This document shows positions 9,067 to 19,376 of a DNA stretch of 45,244 nt, piece by piece (the first letter of the stretch is position 1; every line of letters starts with the position of its first letter). The stretch is from Deltaproteobacteria bacterium (GTDB lineage: Bacteria; JAEEML01): the NCBI GenBank assembly GCA_016283195.1, contig JAEEML010000088.1:1-45244 (forward strand), read 5' to 3'. The notes beneath the pieces were generated by a model that saw only the letters and a list, made by a program, of their open reading frames with translations, ran no database searches and was not told the DNA's origin. The position numbers and the translations under genes were made by a program.

Positions 9067-12063
9067 TTAGCCTCCGATATCGGGGAGATATAGTGCGGAC
9101 TCAAAGGGACCGGCGGCAGATTTATCGTTCATAAAACGCGCCAAGCCATTTAAATCAAAGAATATTCCATATTTATAAAAATCGGCGGGCAAGAAATCGG
9201 GCACCAAATATTCTCCTGGCGTCATATTTAACTGAATATCTTTTTGCGTCATCACCTCTCCCAAGGCTCTATCAATATCTTCGGCATCAAAATATGAAGC
9301 GGCGGTTTCACCAATACCAAGTATATTGGCAAAGTTATCTCTATCATCCTTATTTTGAGCAAAAACCGAATTATAAACATTCATTTTTGTGTCGGCACTA
9401 TAAAGGGCTACGCTGCCGGTATTATTATTTACCAAAAGCCCATATAAATTAACCGGCAATGTGCTTTGGGTATATAAAACGGATCCTTCATGTTCACTAT
9501 CACTCTTAACGCTATTTTCACTAAATTGTAAATTATAACCATAGAGGCTGGCTTTATCATAAAGCGCTATAGCTCCGCCCTGAGCAAGGCGCTCACCGAT
9601 AAGCCTATTTTTATTAAAAACACTGTTAATATAAACATTACGGCTAACTTCTCCGGCAAAAATCACTGCTCCACTAGCTTTATCAGCCAGCAAAGAATTA
9701 CCCATAAATGAGCTGTTAACAATATGCAAATGGCCAAGATTAAAAATAACCCCGCCAAAACCTGGCCCGCCATCAGAAGTAATGCCGGATATTCCGGACC
9801 CGGAAATAATGAGGCTGGCATCAGGAGCTATCTCAACAAAAGGCGAACTAGATCTTTCGGTTTCAAAAGCGGATATATAGGTATTTTCAAGAACTACTGT
9901 TGATGCTCCTTTGGCTTTTATTAACTTTTCGGTTTCATTTGTAGCGGCGCTCATGCCGATGGAATCAAGCAGCAAATAGCTCTTATTGTTAAGTTCCGCA
10001 AAATATGAGGCTTTAAGAGCAATAATAGCGCGGGATTCTTCACTATTTTTTCTTTCGCCGATATTCTTTTCTTCGCCGCGGAAGCCGCCGTATATATAAA
10101 GGCGCATTTCATCGGCCCCATGTTCTTCGGGCAAAAACGGTTTGCTCATTACATAATTGCCGGCCGTTAAAAGGATAAACATATCACGGCAAGCAGGAAG
10201 GCGTTCTGCCCAAAGAGCCATAGCCCGATCAAAGGTGGCTACGGCATTAACCCAACCTGAGCCGTCTTTGTCATCATTGCCATCTTTTTGATTTACAAAA
10301 ATCCAGCACTTGTCTCCGCTATCGGCCATGGAAAGGCACACTGGTTTGCCCTCAGCTTGGCGTTCATAATAACAGGCCGAATAATCCCCTTCTTTTTGCG
10401 TAAAACAGCCGCTTTCGGCACAAGTATATTGACAGTTAACGTTCTCCCCGCTTTCCGGCTCATAATAATAATGTTGCAATCCCGGCGGGCAAACATGGCC
10501 GTATTCTCCTTCTTCATAATAGCAAGTACCATCGTTTGCCTTGCCATCGCGGCAAGTGGCCCGTTCCGGGCAATCACAGGGAGTGCAACGTGAGCCGTAA
10601 TAACCGGGCTTACAGGTATCACAGACCTTATTGTTGCCATTGTTACCTGTCCAGCCCTCATCACAAGTACAGGTGCCGTCTTTATCTTTGCCATCATTAC
10701 ATTTTCCGTGAGTACCGCATTGGCAGGCCACACAATTTTCACCATAGTGACCGGAAGCGCACTCGTTACAATCAGGACCGGTAAAGCCGGGTTTACATTC
10801 ATTACAAGCCTGGCCATCCCAGTTGCCGGTGCAGGCACAGGTTGGATTCACATTTAGGCCGGCAGAACAGGTGCCGTGGCCGTTACACTGAGCAGCAGCG
10901 CCGCCCGGGCACTCTAAAGAGCAATCAGCGCCGCCATAACCGGCGTCACATTCGGTGCAACCGTCACCGGCAAAACCGGTTTTACATTCCGCACAATTCT
11001 CGCCGGTAAAATTGCCGCTACATTTACAGGAACCGTCGCTGTTACAAGTTCCGTGCGGAGCACAGGGGCAAAGCTGACAATTCTCACCAACATAACCTTC
11101 CGCACACTCATTGCAATTCGGGCCGGTAAAGCCCTCTTTGCAACTATCGCAAGCCGGACCGGCAAAATTGCCATTGCAAGTACAAGTGCCGTTACCGCCC
11201 ACGCCGTCTGAACAGGTGCCGCGAGCCGAACCGCCGCAGGGGCCGGTAGCAGTGCCGGTGCCGGGGCAGCTGCTTGCGCATTTTTCGCCATAATAACCGG
11301 CAATACATTCATTACATGAAGCGCCGGTGAAATTACCGCTACAACCGGAACAATCAAGGCCCAAAACGCCGTCGTTACATTTACAGGCGCCGGTGCCAGC
11401 TACACCGCCGTCACAAGTTCCCTGGCCGTTACAGGGATTTTCGGCACCGCCAAGACATTCATTTGCGCAGTTAGGGCCAAAATAACCGGCCTTACATTCG
11501 CTGCAATCGGCACCGTCCCAGTTACCATGACATTCACAAGTGCCGCTGCCTTCCACACCGTCATCACACACCCCATGGCCACTGCAAATGGCACTGTCAA
11601 AACCGGGGCATTTTTGCTGGCATTTTTCGCCAAAGCGGCCGGGCTCGGCACACTTCTCGCTGCAAACGGTTAAGCCTTTTTCGTTTTCTTTGCAGCGCCA
11701 GCCTGTTTCCAATTTGCAAACAGAGCTGCAACCGTCGCCGCTGGTGTTGTTGCCATCATCGCATTCTTCATTATTGCCTTCGCGATAGCCGTCACCGCAA
11801 ACCGAGGCAGCGCCGCTAACACAAATACCAACTTCATCGCAATGCTGGGTATCGACATTGCAATCGCCTTTATAGGTGCATAGTTTATGGCATTTCCCGT
11901 TAAAGCAGTAAAGGCCGCTGCGACATTCCGAAGTACTCTGACAAAGCTCGTCTTCTGGCAAGTCTTTAATTTTTCCCGGCTCTTCTTCGACATTATTGCC
12001 GCAGGCAAAACACAAGAAAGGCAGCGTTATTACTAACAAATTCGACATGCGCATCTTAGCCAT
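9067..12063 (-). CDS. Paralogous Cys-rich EGF-repeat / beta-helix lipoprotein (shorter stalk)
   Basis: Lipobox-like LCFA-C. N-terminal ~150 aa align by eye with 3954-9026 (TQHC...CGDG...GEKCQ.KCPGFDS.ICSGHGVCDDGV.G.G.C.C). IFVNQKDGNDDKDGSGW cap, GGVI/GAVI/GGAI repeats. Confidence 0.85.
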   Translation of the reverse strand: MAKMRMSNLLVITLPFLCFACGNNVEEEPGKIKDLPEDELCQSTSECRSGLYCFNGKCHKLCTYKGDCNVDTQHCDEVGICVSGAASVCGDGYREGNNEECDDGNNTSGDGCSSVCKLETGWRCKENEKGLTVCSEKCAEPGRFGEKCQQKCPGFDSAICSGHGVCDDGVEGSGTCECHGNWDGADCSECKAGYFGPNCANECLGGAENPCNGQGTCDGGVAGTGACKCNDGVLGLDCSGCSGNFTGASCNECIAGYYGEKCASSCPGTGTATGPCGGSARGTCSDGVGGNGTCTCNGNFAGPACDSCKEGFTGPNCNECAEGYVGENCQLCPCAPHGTCNSDGSCKCSGNFTGENCAECKTGFAGDGCTECDAGYGGADCSLECPGGAAAQCNGHGTCSAGLNVNPTCACTGNWDGQACNECKPGFTGPDCNECASGHYGENCVACQCGTHGKCNDGKDKDGTCTCDEGWTGNNGNNKVCDTCKPGYYGSRCTPCDCPERATCRDGKANDGTCYYEEGEYGHVCPPGLQHYYYEPESGENVNCQYTCAESGCFTQKEGDYSACYYERQAEGKPVCLSMADSGDKCWIFVNQKDGNDDKDGSGWVNAVATFDRAMALWAERLPACRDMFILLTAGNYVMSKPFLPEEHGADEMRLYIYGGFRGEEKNIGERKNSEESRAIIALKASYFAELNNKSYLLLDSIGMSAATNETEKLIKAKGASTVVLENTYISAFETERSSSPFVEIAPDASLIISGSGISGITSDGGPGFGGVIFNLGHLHIVNSSFMGNSLLADKASGAVIFAGEVSRNVYINSVFNKNRLIGERLAQGGAIALYDKASLYGYNLQFSENSVKSDSEHEGSVLYTQSTLPVNLYGLLVNNNTGSVALYSADTKMNVYNSVFAQNKDDRDNFANILGIGETAASYFDAEDIDRALGEVMTQKDIQLNMTPGEYLVPDFLPADFYKYGIFFDLNGLARFMNDKSAAGPFESALYLPDIGG

Positions 12064-12269
12064 TTGCTTCTCCCAAATTTAAATAAAGAATCTGCCCATT
12101 TCCATATCCATAGCGGAATAAGGAACAGCCCTATTATTATAATACAAATAAAATAATTAATAAAATACTTATTGCTGTAATTGGCGCGATTACCATGAGT
12201 TTACTTGCAATTCAATTCTTCTTCCAATAAAAAGGCCCTTGGTACGCTTGCGCCATGAGCGGAGTTAAT

Positions 12270-14420
12270 ATGCAATACTGCCCTATTTGCGATACACAAT
12301 ATGAAGATTCGTTAAAAATCTGTCCCAAGGACGGAGCCCAATTGCTGACTATAAAGAACCGCGAGGATCCCCTCATCGGCTCCCGCCTTAAGGATCGCTA
12401 TCTTATTCTCAAAAAAATCGGCGAAGGCGGCATGGGGGCGGTTTATCTGGCCGAACAGCAGCCGCTTGGTCGCCGGGTCGCCATAAAAATGCTCAATTCC
12501 GATGCCCGCGATGACCCGGCTCTCGTTAAACGCTTTCTCCGCGAAGCCAAAGCGCTAAGTGCCCTCTCGCATCCCAATATTGTTTCCATCATCGACTTTG
12601 GCAACACCACCGATGGGGCTGTTTTCCTGGTTATGGAGTATTTGGAAGGGCATCAGCTGGATTATTACACCGGCGAGCACCGTCTTTCCAAAGAAGATCT
12701 GGACAATATCATCTCCCAAACAGCCGCCGGTCTCGCTGCCGCCCATGCTCACGGTCTTATTCATCGCGACATCAAACCGGCCAACATATTTGTCACCGAA
12801 GTAGCCGGGCAAAAAGTAGTTAAAATCCTGGATTTCGGCATAGTTAAAAGTGAAGGCAAAGGGGAGACCAATCTCACGCAATCAGGTAGCGTAGTGGGCA
12901 CCCCTGGTTATATTTCCCCTGAGCAACTCAAAGGCGGTAGCGAGCCGGACAGCCGCTCGGATATTTATGCTCTGGGCGCGGTTATTTATTTTCTTATCAA
13001 AGGCGTACGCCCTTATGACGGCCCTTCGACCCAGTCTATTATTTTTAAGCAGCTGACCGAACCGCCGAATCCCGTTGATTTTGAGCAATACGGTTACGAT
13101 AAAGATATGCGCCAGATAGTTTTAAAAGCCATGGCCATGAACCCGGAGGAGCGCTTTAAAACCACCACCGAGCTCGCCCAAGCCGTGCATCTGGCCATTT
13201 TGGGCAAAAGGCGCTTTAACTGGCGAAAATTTATCATTTTAAATATTATTGTCCTGGCTTTGGCACTCGCGGGGGCACGCGGTTTACAACTTTATATTGC
13301 CCAAGAGCGCCAGCTGGCCGCTACCAGCGATAACACTATCTATTTCGGCCTCTCAAATGCGCTTACCGGCCACAACCGGGAGATGGGTCGGGCAGTTAAA
13401 AATGGTATTGAGGTGGCTATAGCCCGTTACAACGCCATGGGTGGTTTTCATGGCCGAAAAGTAGATTTAATATTAAAAAATGACCGCTATCAGCCGGAAA
13501 AAGCCCAAACTAACGTTAAAGAATTTATCGCCGATACAAAAGTAATGGCTATTGTCGGCAATGGCGGCGATGCCAGTGTAAAAGCTGTTTTGCCGCTGGT
13601 AAACGAAGCTAAAATCCCCCTTATCGGAGCTATTTGCGGCGCTGACTTTATGGCTCCTAAACCGCCGCTGCCTTATGTTTTTAATCTCTCTTCCGGGTAC
13701 AATGCCCAAATGGCCAGAGCTTATGGCTATTATTTTAAAGAATTAGGCCTTAAGAGCTCGGAAATAGCCATCTTTGCTCAAAATGACACCTATGGCCAGG
13801 AGGCTGTCCTTTCGGCGCAAAATTACCTTAAACAGCAGGGACTTTCCCCGGATATTACCGTATTTTGGCATGAAGTCGGAAGCTCCGAAACAACCAGCCA
13901 GTTTGCGGCCTTAAAAGCTGCCCCGCACATTAAAGCCATTATAAGCGCCACCATTGCCCGGCCCATTGCCTATTTCATAGCCGATATGCGGCGCAACGGC
14001 CTAAGCCACCCTTTGATCACCGTCGGTTCGGTGAGCACTATGGAAATAGCCCGGGAAATATCGGCTTTAGGTCTCGAAAATACCAATAATATTTTTGTCA
14101 CCATGACCTTGCCGCCCATAGATGCCGACCTGCCCATGCTGCGCCGTTTTTATGAAGATTTTGCCGAATTTGCCCCCACCGAGCCCACTACGGAATTGGC
14201 TCTGCACGGCTATTTGGCCATGCAAATGACTTTAAGAGCTCTCGCTGCTTTGCCGGGCGATTTAAGCCGCGAAAATCTGCGTCTGGCACTGGAAAGTCTC
14301 CACAGAAACAACTTGGGATTCGGTGGCTATTGCCAAATGTCGGCCAATGATCATACCTGCTTGGAAAAAACTTGGCTTTTGCGCTTTGACGGAGAAAGTA
14401 CCTGGCAAGTCATACCTTGA
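12270..14420 (+). CDS. Membrane Ser/Thr protein kinase with C-terminal type-1 periplasmic-binding-protein (LivJ-like) domain
   Basis: N-terminal CPIC..CPKDG Zn ribbon, GEGGMGAVY, VAIK, HRDIKPAN, DFG, GTPGYISPE, TM helix (FIILNIIVLALALAG), then FGLSNALTG...NDRYQPE..NDTYG fold. GGAG at 12261-12264 favours ATG 12270 over 12255. Confidence 0.9.
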   Translation: MQYCPICDTQYEDSLKICPKDGAQLLTIKNREDPLIGSRLKDRYLILKKIGEGGMGAVYLAEQQPLGRRVAIKMLNSDARDDPALVKRFLREAKALSALSHPNIVSIIDFGNTTDGAVFLVMEYLEGHQLDYYTGEHRLSKEDLDNIISQTAAGLAAAHAHGLIHRDIKPANIFVTEVAGQKVVKILDFGIVKSEGKGETNLTQSGSVVGTPGYISPEQLKGGSEPDSRSDIYALGAVIYFLIKGVRPYDGPSTQSIIFKQLTEPPNPVDFEQYGYDKDMRQIVLKAMAMNPEERFKTTTELAQAVHLAILGKRRFNWRKFIILNIIVLALALAGARGLQLYIAQERQLAATSDNTIYFGLSNALTGHNREMGRAVKNGIEVAIARYNAMGGFHGRKVDLILKNDRYQPEKAQTNVKEFIADTKVMAIVGNGGDASVKAVLPLVNEAKIPLIGAICGADFMAPKPPLPYVFNLSSGYNAQMARAYGYYFKELGLKSSEIAIFAQNDTYGQEAVLSAQNYLKQQGLSPDITVFWHEVGSSETTSQFAALKAAPHIKAIISATIARPIAYFIADMRRNGLSHPLITVGSVSTMEIAREISALGLENTNNIFVTMTLPPIDADLPMLRRFYEDFAEFAPTEPTTELALHGYLAMQMTLRALAALPGDLSRENLRLALESLHRNNLGFGGYCQMSANDHTCLEKTWLLRFDGESTWQVIP

Positions 14421-14441
14421 TGATACTTTTTAATACATAAA

Positions 14442-14471
14442 CTTGACGCCGATTCATTTCCTCATTATAGA
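14442..14471 (+). promoter_or_regulatory. Putative promoter of grpE-dnaK (sigma-70-like, overlapping a sigma-32-like motif)
   Basis: TTGACG-17 nt-TATAGA. The same bases read CTTGAC...CCTCATTAT, resembling CTTGAA/CCCCATNT. Confidence 0.5.
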
Positions 14472-14514
14472 GACTTAAACCATTTTCCCTGCTAGTCGTA
14501 CAAGGGAGGTTATT

Positions 14515-15174
14515 GTGATTAGTAATGAAGCATTAGAAGAAGCCATGAAGGCTGCCGAAGAAAGTGTGGATAACCATATAGCTGCTGCCAAAGAGGCCGA
14601 AAGCCTGATCAGCACCGAGGTGCCGGAAGACTCAGGAGCGCCGAGTACGGCCGAAATAGCCGCCTTAAAAGCCGATATTAATAAAAAAGAGCAGGAATTA
14701 GCCTCTACCAAAGATGCTCTTTTGCGCACTGCCGCCGATTTTGAAAATTATCGCAAGCGCTCGGAAAAAGAGATTAATGAAATTCGCAAATTTGCCGCCA
14801 AGCAACTTTTGCTGGATTTTCTCCCGGTCATGGACAACTTTGAGCGGGCTATAGAGCACCTGCCGGATAGCACCGAAGAACCTGTAAAAAACATGGTAAC
14901 CGGCATAAAAATGATCAAAGACGGCTTTTTAGCCACTTTGCGCCGCCATGGGGCCGAACCTTTTGATTCTCTTGGCAAAACTTTTGACCCAAATATTCAC
15001 GAAGCGCTCACCCAAATGCCCACAAATGAATACGAACCGGGCCAAATTTGCCAGGTTATGGAGCGCGGCTATATGTTGCATGATCGCCTTTTAAGGCCGG
15101 CTAAAGTAGTGGTGGCCTCCGCTATGCCTAAAGCTGCCGAAACTGCCAGTGACCAGGAAACAGCCGGAGAATAA
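14515..15174 (+). CDS. grpE: Nucleotide exchange factor GrpE
   Basis: [59 protein letters not shown] start. Confidence 0.97.
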   Translation: MISNEALEEAMKAAEESVDNHIAAAKEAESLISTEVPEDSGAPSTAEIAALKADINKKEQELASTKDALLRTAADFENYRKRSEKEINEIRKFAAKQLLLDFLPVMDNFERAIEHLPDSTEEPVKNMVTGIKMIKDGFLATLRRHGAEPFDSLGKTFDPNIHEALTQMPTNEYEPGQICQVMERGYMLHDRLLRPAKVVVASAMPKAAETASDQETAGE

Positions 15175-15176
15175 TC

Positions 15177-16994
15177 ATGGGAAGAACAATCGGTATCGAT
15201 CTCGGAACCACCAACTCTTGTGTTGCCGTTCTTGATGGCAATGATCCGCTGGTTATTCCCAATAACGAAGGCTCCAGAACCACCCCCTCGATTGTGGCTT
15301 TTTCGGCCAAGGGCGAGCGACTCGTCGGCCATATCGCCAAGCGCCAGACAGTCACCAACGCCAGCAACACCATTTATGCCGTAAAGCGCTTTATCGGGCG
15401 CAAATTTACTTCTGAGGAAGTTACACAGGATATAACCGCCCTGCCCTATAAAGTAACTGCGGCCGGCAACGGCGACGTGCTGATAAATGTCGGTGGCAAA
15501 GAGCTTTCGCCGCAGGAAATTTCCGCCATGATCCTCGATAAACTGCGCCAAACAGCCGAGGAATACCTGGGCGAGCCGGTTAGCGATGCGGTTATCACCG
15601 TGCCGGCTTATTTCGATGACAGCCAGCGCCAGGCCACCCGCGATGCCGGCCGCATTGCCGGCCTCAATGTAAAGCGCATCATCAACGAACCTACGGCCGC
15701 CGCTCTCGCCTATGGCCACGGACATAGTGACGATGATGGTAAAATTATCGCCGTTTATGATTTAGGCGGCGGTACCTTTGATATTTCCATTTTGGAGCTT
15801 AGGAAAGGCGTTTATAACGTCCTCTCCACCAGCGGTGACACCCATCTGGGCGGCGAAGATTTCGACCGCCGCATTATCGATCATCTCTTAAACAAATTTA
15901 AGGAAGAAACCGGCGTGGAGCTCCACGACAATCCTATGGCCATGCAGCGGGTTAAAGAGGCCGCCGAAAAAGCCAAATTGGAACTCTCCAGTTGTACAGA
16001 GACAGAGATAAATCTGCCCTTTATTGCCGCTTCACAAAATAATTCACATCACCTCATTGCCACTTTAACAAGAGTTGAGCTGGAATCGCTAACCGAAGAG
16101 CTGGTGCAGCGCACTATTGCCCCATGCAAAGTGGCCCTAAATGATGCCAAATTAACCCCGGCCCAGATAAATGAAGTACTCCTGGTTGGCGGCATGACCA
16201 GAATGCCCCTGGTGCAGGAAACAGTTTCCAAATTTTTCGGGCAAAAAGCCAATAAAGAGCTCAACCCCGATGAAGTGGTAGCTGTTGGCGCGGCTGTGCA
16301 GGGTGCTATTTTAAGCGGTCAAGTAAAAAATGTGCTGCTGCTCGATGTCACCCCGCTTAGCCTGGGCGTGGAGACTTCCGGTGGCGTCATGACGGTGCTC
16401 ATTCCTAAAAACACTACCGTTCCCTGCCACAAATCACAGGTATTTACCACGGCTTACGACAATCAGCCCTTTGTCAGTGTGCACATTTTGCAAGGCGAGC
16501 GCCCCATGGCGGCCAATAACAAAACACTGGCCAAATTTGACCTGGTAGGCATTCCGCCGGCCCCGCGCGGTATCCCGCAAATTGAGGTTTCTTTTGATAT
16601 AGATGCCAACGGCATTGTCACTGTTTCCGCCAAAGATCAAGGCACCGGAAAAACCCAAAATATGCGCATCACCTCTTCTTCAGGCCTCTCCGAAGAAGAA
16701 ATTAAATCCATCATCAGCGAAGCCGAATCTTATAAATCAAACGATATATTAAATAAGCAACTGGCCGAACTCAAAAATACGGCTACCGGCCTTATTTATA
16801 CTGCCGAAATGGCCGTTAAAGAGTACGGCAGTTCGCTTTCCACCAAAGATTTAGACCTCATCCAAGCCGATATTGCAGCCTTAAAAGAGGCCATTGAAGG
16901 CGACGATGCCGAGGAAATAAAAAATCTCACCACCCAGCTCGAAGGCTCCAGCCACCGTTTTGCCGATATTCTTTACGGCGAGGCTCTAAAATAG
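15177..16994 (+). CDS. dnaK: Hsp70 chaperone DnaK (short C-terminal tail type)
   Basis: [66 protein letters not shown]. Confidence 0.97.
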   Translation: MGRTIGIDLGTTNSCVAVLDGNDPLVIPNNEGSRTTPSIVAFSAKGERLVGHIAKRQTVTNASNTIYAVKRFIGRKFTSEEVTQDITALPYKVTAAGNGDVLINVGGKELSPQEISAMILDKLRQTAEEYLGEPVSDAVITVPAYFDDSQRQATRDAGRIAGLNVKRIINEPTAAALAYGHGHSDDDGKIIAVYDLGGGTFDISILELRKGVYNVLSTSGDTHLGGEDFDRRIIDHLLNKFKEETGVELHDNPMAMQRVKEAAEKAKLELSSCTETEINLPFIAASQNNSHHLIATLTRVELESLTEELVQRTIAPCKVALNDAKLTPAQINEVLLVGGMTRMPLVQETVSKFFGQKANKELNPDEVVAVGAAVQGAILSGQVKNVLLLDVTPLSLGVETSGGVMTVLIPKNTTVPCHKSQVFTTAYDNQPFVSVHILQGERPMAANNKTLAKFDLVGIPPAPRGIPQIEVSFDIDANGIVTVSAKDQGTGKTQNMRITSSSGLSEEEIKSIISEAESYKSNDILNKQLAELKNTATGLIYTAEMAVKEYGSSLSTKDLDLIQADIAALKEAIEGDDAEEIKNLTTQLEGSSHRFADILYGEALK

Positions 16995-17015
16995 CTTTTT
17001 TTAAAAGGCTAAAAA

Positions 17016-17660
17016 ATGCTAACTGATAACGATTGTCTAAATGTGCTTTTTCCTCCTCTCTCCAGTGGGGAATTAGCTGTTTTTGCCACCGATACGGTAA
17101 TTGGCCTGGGTTGCCGGATATACCGCCCGGATTTGGTAAAAAAGATATGCGCCGTAAAGGGGCGCCCAATAAATCAGCCGATGGCCCTCTTGGTCTCTTC
17201 CGTTGCCGCCGTAGAGGAAATATCCGCCACCAAGCTAAACCGCGATTTACAAATACTGGCTGAAAAATGCTGGCCGGGCCCGCTGACTTTTTTGGTCAAA
17301 GTAAACGCCGAAAGAATTAAAAGTCATCCTGAATGGTATGCGCTTTTGGCACCAAGCGGCTTTTTGGGCGTGCGTCTTCCGGCTTGCCCGCCACTTTTGG
17401 AAGTCATAGATAAAATGGGCGGTGCCATCATCGCCACCTCAGCCAATTTACATGGTGAAAAAACACCATTAAGCGCCGCTGATTTAGCTCCGGCAATAAA
17501 AAAAGCGGCCGGCGGAATTTGGTTGCCGCCGGGGCTGAAAACTTCCGGACTCGCTTCAACAGTGGTTAAAGTTGAAGGAGAAAGTATTAAGCTGCTGCGG
17601 GAAGGATTTTTTTCGCTAAAGCAGTTGAAAGAGTTTTTAGGCTATGATAAAAGGGCCTAG
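17016..17660 (+). CDS. tsaC: L-threonylcarbamoyladenylate synthase (TsaC/Sua5/YrdC family)
   Basis: TDTV.GL, KGRP, WPGPLT, GVRLP, TSANLHG, STVV motifs. Confidence 0.9.
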   Translation: MLTDNDCLNVLFPPLSSGELAVFATDTVIGLGCRIYRPDLVKKICAVKGRPINQPMALLVSSVAAVEEISATKLNRDLQILAEKCWPGPLTFLVKVNAERIKSHPEWYALLAPSGFLGVRLPACPPLLEVIDKMGGAIIATSANLHGEKTPLSAADLAPAIKKAAGGIWLPPGLKTSGLASTVVKVEGESIKLLREGFFSLKQLKEFLGYDKRA

Positions 17661-17707
17661 TCTTTTATGACAGCCTGTTGCCTTGATAAGGCAGGCGGAG
17701 AGTATTT

Positions 17708-17959
17708 ATGAGGTCATTTAGATTAAAAATTGCTTTGGGATGTGCCGTTTTGGCATCCTTGCTATTGACCTCCGATATTCTTTGGGCTAAAGCAGGTCGC
17801 AAGGTGATACGCCTAGAGGCCATTAAGGTAGAAGGACGCATCCAAAAGCCCGAAGCCTTTTACATTTTGCAGCGTAGCAACCTTAATTTTGAGGCACTGG
17901 AGCTCAAAGAGAGCTTCATACCTAAAATAGTGGATTCTGTTAACCATAAGCCCTTCTGA
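17708..17959 (+). CDS. cglF: CglF/GltF-like small exported gliding-motility protein
   Basis: Signal peptide followed by RKVIRLEAIKVEGRIQKPEAFYILQRSNLNF...ESFIPKI...PF, which I recognise as the myxobacterial CglF/GltF pattern. Context supports the call. Confidence 0.75.
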   Translation: MRSFRLKIALGCAVLASLLLTSDILWAKAGRKVIRLEAIKVEGRIQKPEAFYILQRSNLNFEALELKESFIPKIVDSVNHKPF

Positions 17960-17997
17960 GCCACGGCAGGCCAGAAGAAACCTTTGAGGAGGAAAGG

Positions 17998-18651
17998 ATG
18001 CTTGCGGGTATAGCCAAATTTTACGTCGAAGGCGGCGCGTTTATGCACCCGATCACGCTGATGTCGGTGATTTCCATCGCCATCATGATTGAGCGCGTTT
18101 ATGCCCTGTACTTCAAGTACAACATCAATGCCGATCAATTTATGGCCCAAATCCAAAAACTGGTTATGGCCAATAATATCGATCGCGCTATCAAACTGTG
18201 CAATGCAGCTCCCAAGGCGGCTCTGCCCAGAGTTATCAAGGCAGCTCTCACCCGCGCCAACAAAGGCGAGGTAGAGATTTCCAACGCCATTGAAGAATCG
18301 ACTCTGGAAGTTCTGCCCCAGCTGAACAAGCGGACACCGCTTCTCACCACGGTTTCCGGTATGGCCACCATGCTCGGTCTTCTCGGTACCATTATCGGTC
18401 TGATCGATGCATTCGCCGCCGTGGCTACTGCACCGCCGGATAAGAAAACCGAGATGCTGACCTTGTCCATCGCTATCGCTATGAACACCACCGCTTGGGG
18501 TCTGATTGTCGCTATCCCCACCACCTTCGTGGCCGTTCTTTTGAACACCACCACCAAGAAAATTGTGGAAGATATCGATCTGTACTCTGTAAAGATGCAG
18601 AACCTCTTGGTTGCTCGTGGCAAAGGTACTACCAATCCTCTGGATCACTAA
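17998..18651 (+). CDS. MotA/TolQ/ExbB proton-channel subunit (AglR-like)
   Basis: GGAFM.PI...ER, ATMLGLLGTIIGLIDAF, IAIAMNTTAWGLIVAIP. Three TM helices. Confidence 0.92.
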   Translation: MLAGIAKFYVEGGAFMHPITLMSVISIAIMIERVYALYFKYNINADQFMAQIQKLVMANNIDRAIKLCNAAPKAALPRVIKAALTRANKGEVEISNAIEESTLEVLPQLNKRTPLLTTVSGMATMLGLLGTIIGLIDAFAAVATAPPDKKTEMLTLSIAIAMNTTAWGLIVAIPTTFVAVLLNTTTKKIVEDIDLYSVKMQNLLVARGKGTTNPLDH

Positions 18652-18690
18652 TTAGATCGCATCTATGGTTAGTACCGCTCTAAGGAGAAG

Positions 18691-19347
18691 ATGATGGGTT
18701 ACAAGCCATCCAAAAAAGGCATTCCGGATTTAGAGACCGGAGCAAATTTGACTCCAATGATGAACCTCATCATGCTGCTCATTCCCTGTTTGCTTATGTC
18801 CACGGTCTTCATCGAGATCACCGTTCTTAATGTGGCCGCGCCCTCTATCGGCGCCCCCGGCGGTGCCAGTGATACCCCTCCTCAGAACGATAAACCTCCG
18901 CTGAACCTGACCGTCACCATTACCAGCAAGGGTTATACCGTTGCCGGTTCTGGTGGCGTTCTGGGTGCGGAAGTCAAAGAGGGTGAGGAATCTAAAGGCC
19001 CGACTATCCCCATTAAGGAAGCATCCGTAAACTGCAGCCAATACATCGATACAGGGCCGGTGCCACGCGACAAAAATCGCGACAGAAAGCCCTGCACCAA
19101 AGACGAAGCGGCGCAGAATGTACATCGTACCTTCTGGATCTATGATAACGAAGCTTTGCAAAAAAAGCTGGTTGAAATCAAAGATGCCTATGAAGACGAA
19201 GAGCGCATTATCATTTCTGCCGAGCAGGATGTCCATTATGAAGCGGTTATCCATGTTATAGATATCTCCCGCCAAATTAAGGATCCCGCCAGTGGCGAAG
19301 TGCGTGAACTCTTCCCGGAAGTTGTCATCAGCCCCGGATTTATGTGA
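18691..19347 (+). CDS. ExbD/TolR-like subunit (AglQ/S-like) with Asn at the conserved TM Asp position
   Basis: NLTPMMNLIMLLIPCLL TM helix, LNLTVTIT, IIISAEQDVHYEAVIHVID, LFPEV. Confidence 0.85.
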   Translation: MMGYKPSKKGIPDLETGANLTPMMNLIMLLIPCLLMSTVFIEITVLNVAAPSIGAPGGASDTPPQNDKPPLNLTVTITSKGYTVAGSGGVLGAEVKEGEESKGPTIPIKEASVNCSQYIDTGPVPRDKNRDRKPCTKDEAAQNVHRTFWIYDNEALQKKLVEIKDAYEDEERIIISAEQDVHYEAVIHVIDISRQIKDPASGEVRELFPEVVISPGFM

Positions 19348-19376
19348 TAGCCGGTTTATGAGGAGTACTAGACGCT

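Noticed and set aside
5681-11700. Repeats as a CRISPR array or mobile element
   Set aside because: They are in-frame, degenerate coding repeats without constant repeat/unique spacer structure, and there are no cas or transposase genes.
14420-14515. CIRCE/HrcA operator upstream of grpE
   Set aside because: No TTAGCACTC-N9-GAGTGCTAA match.
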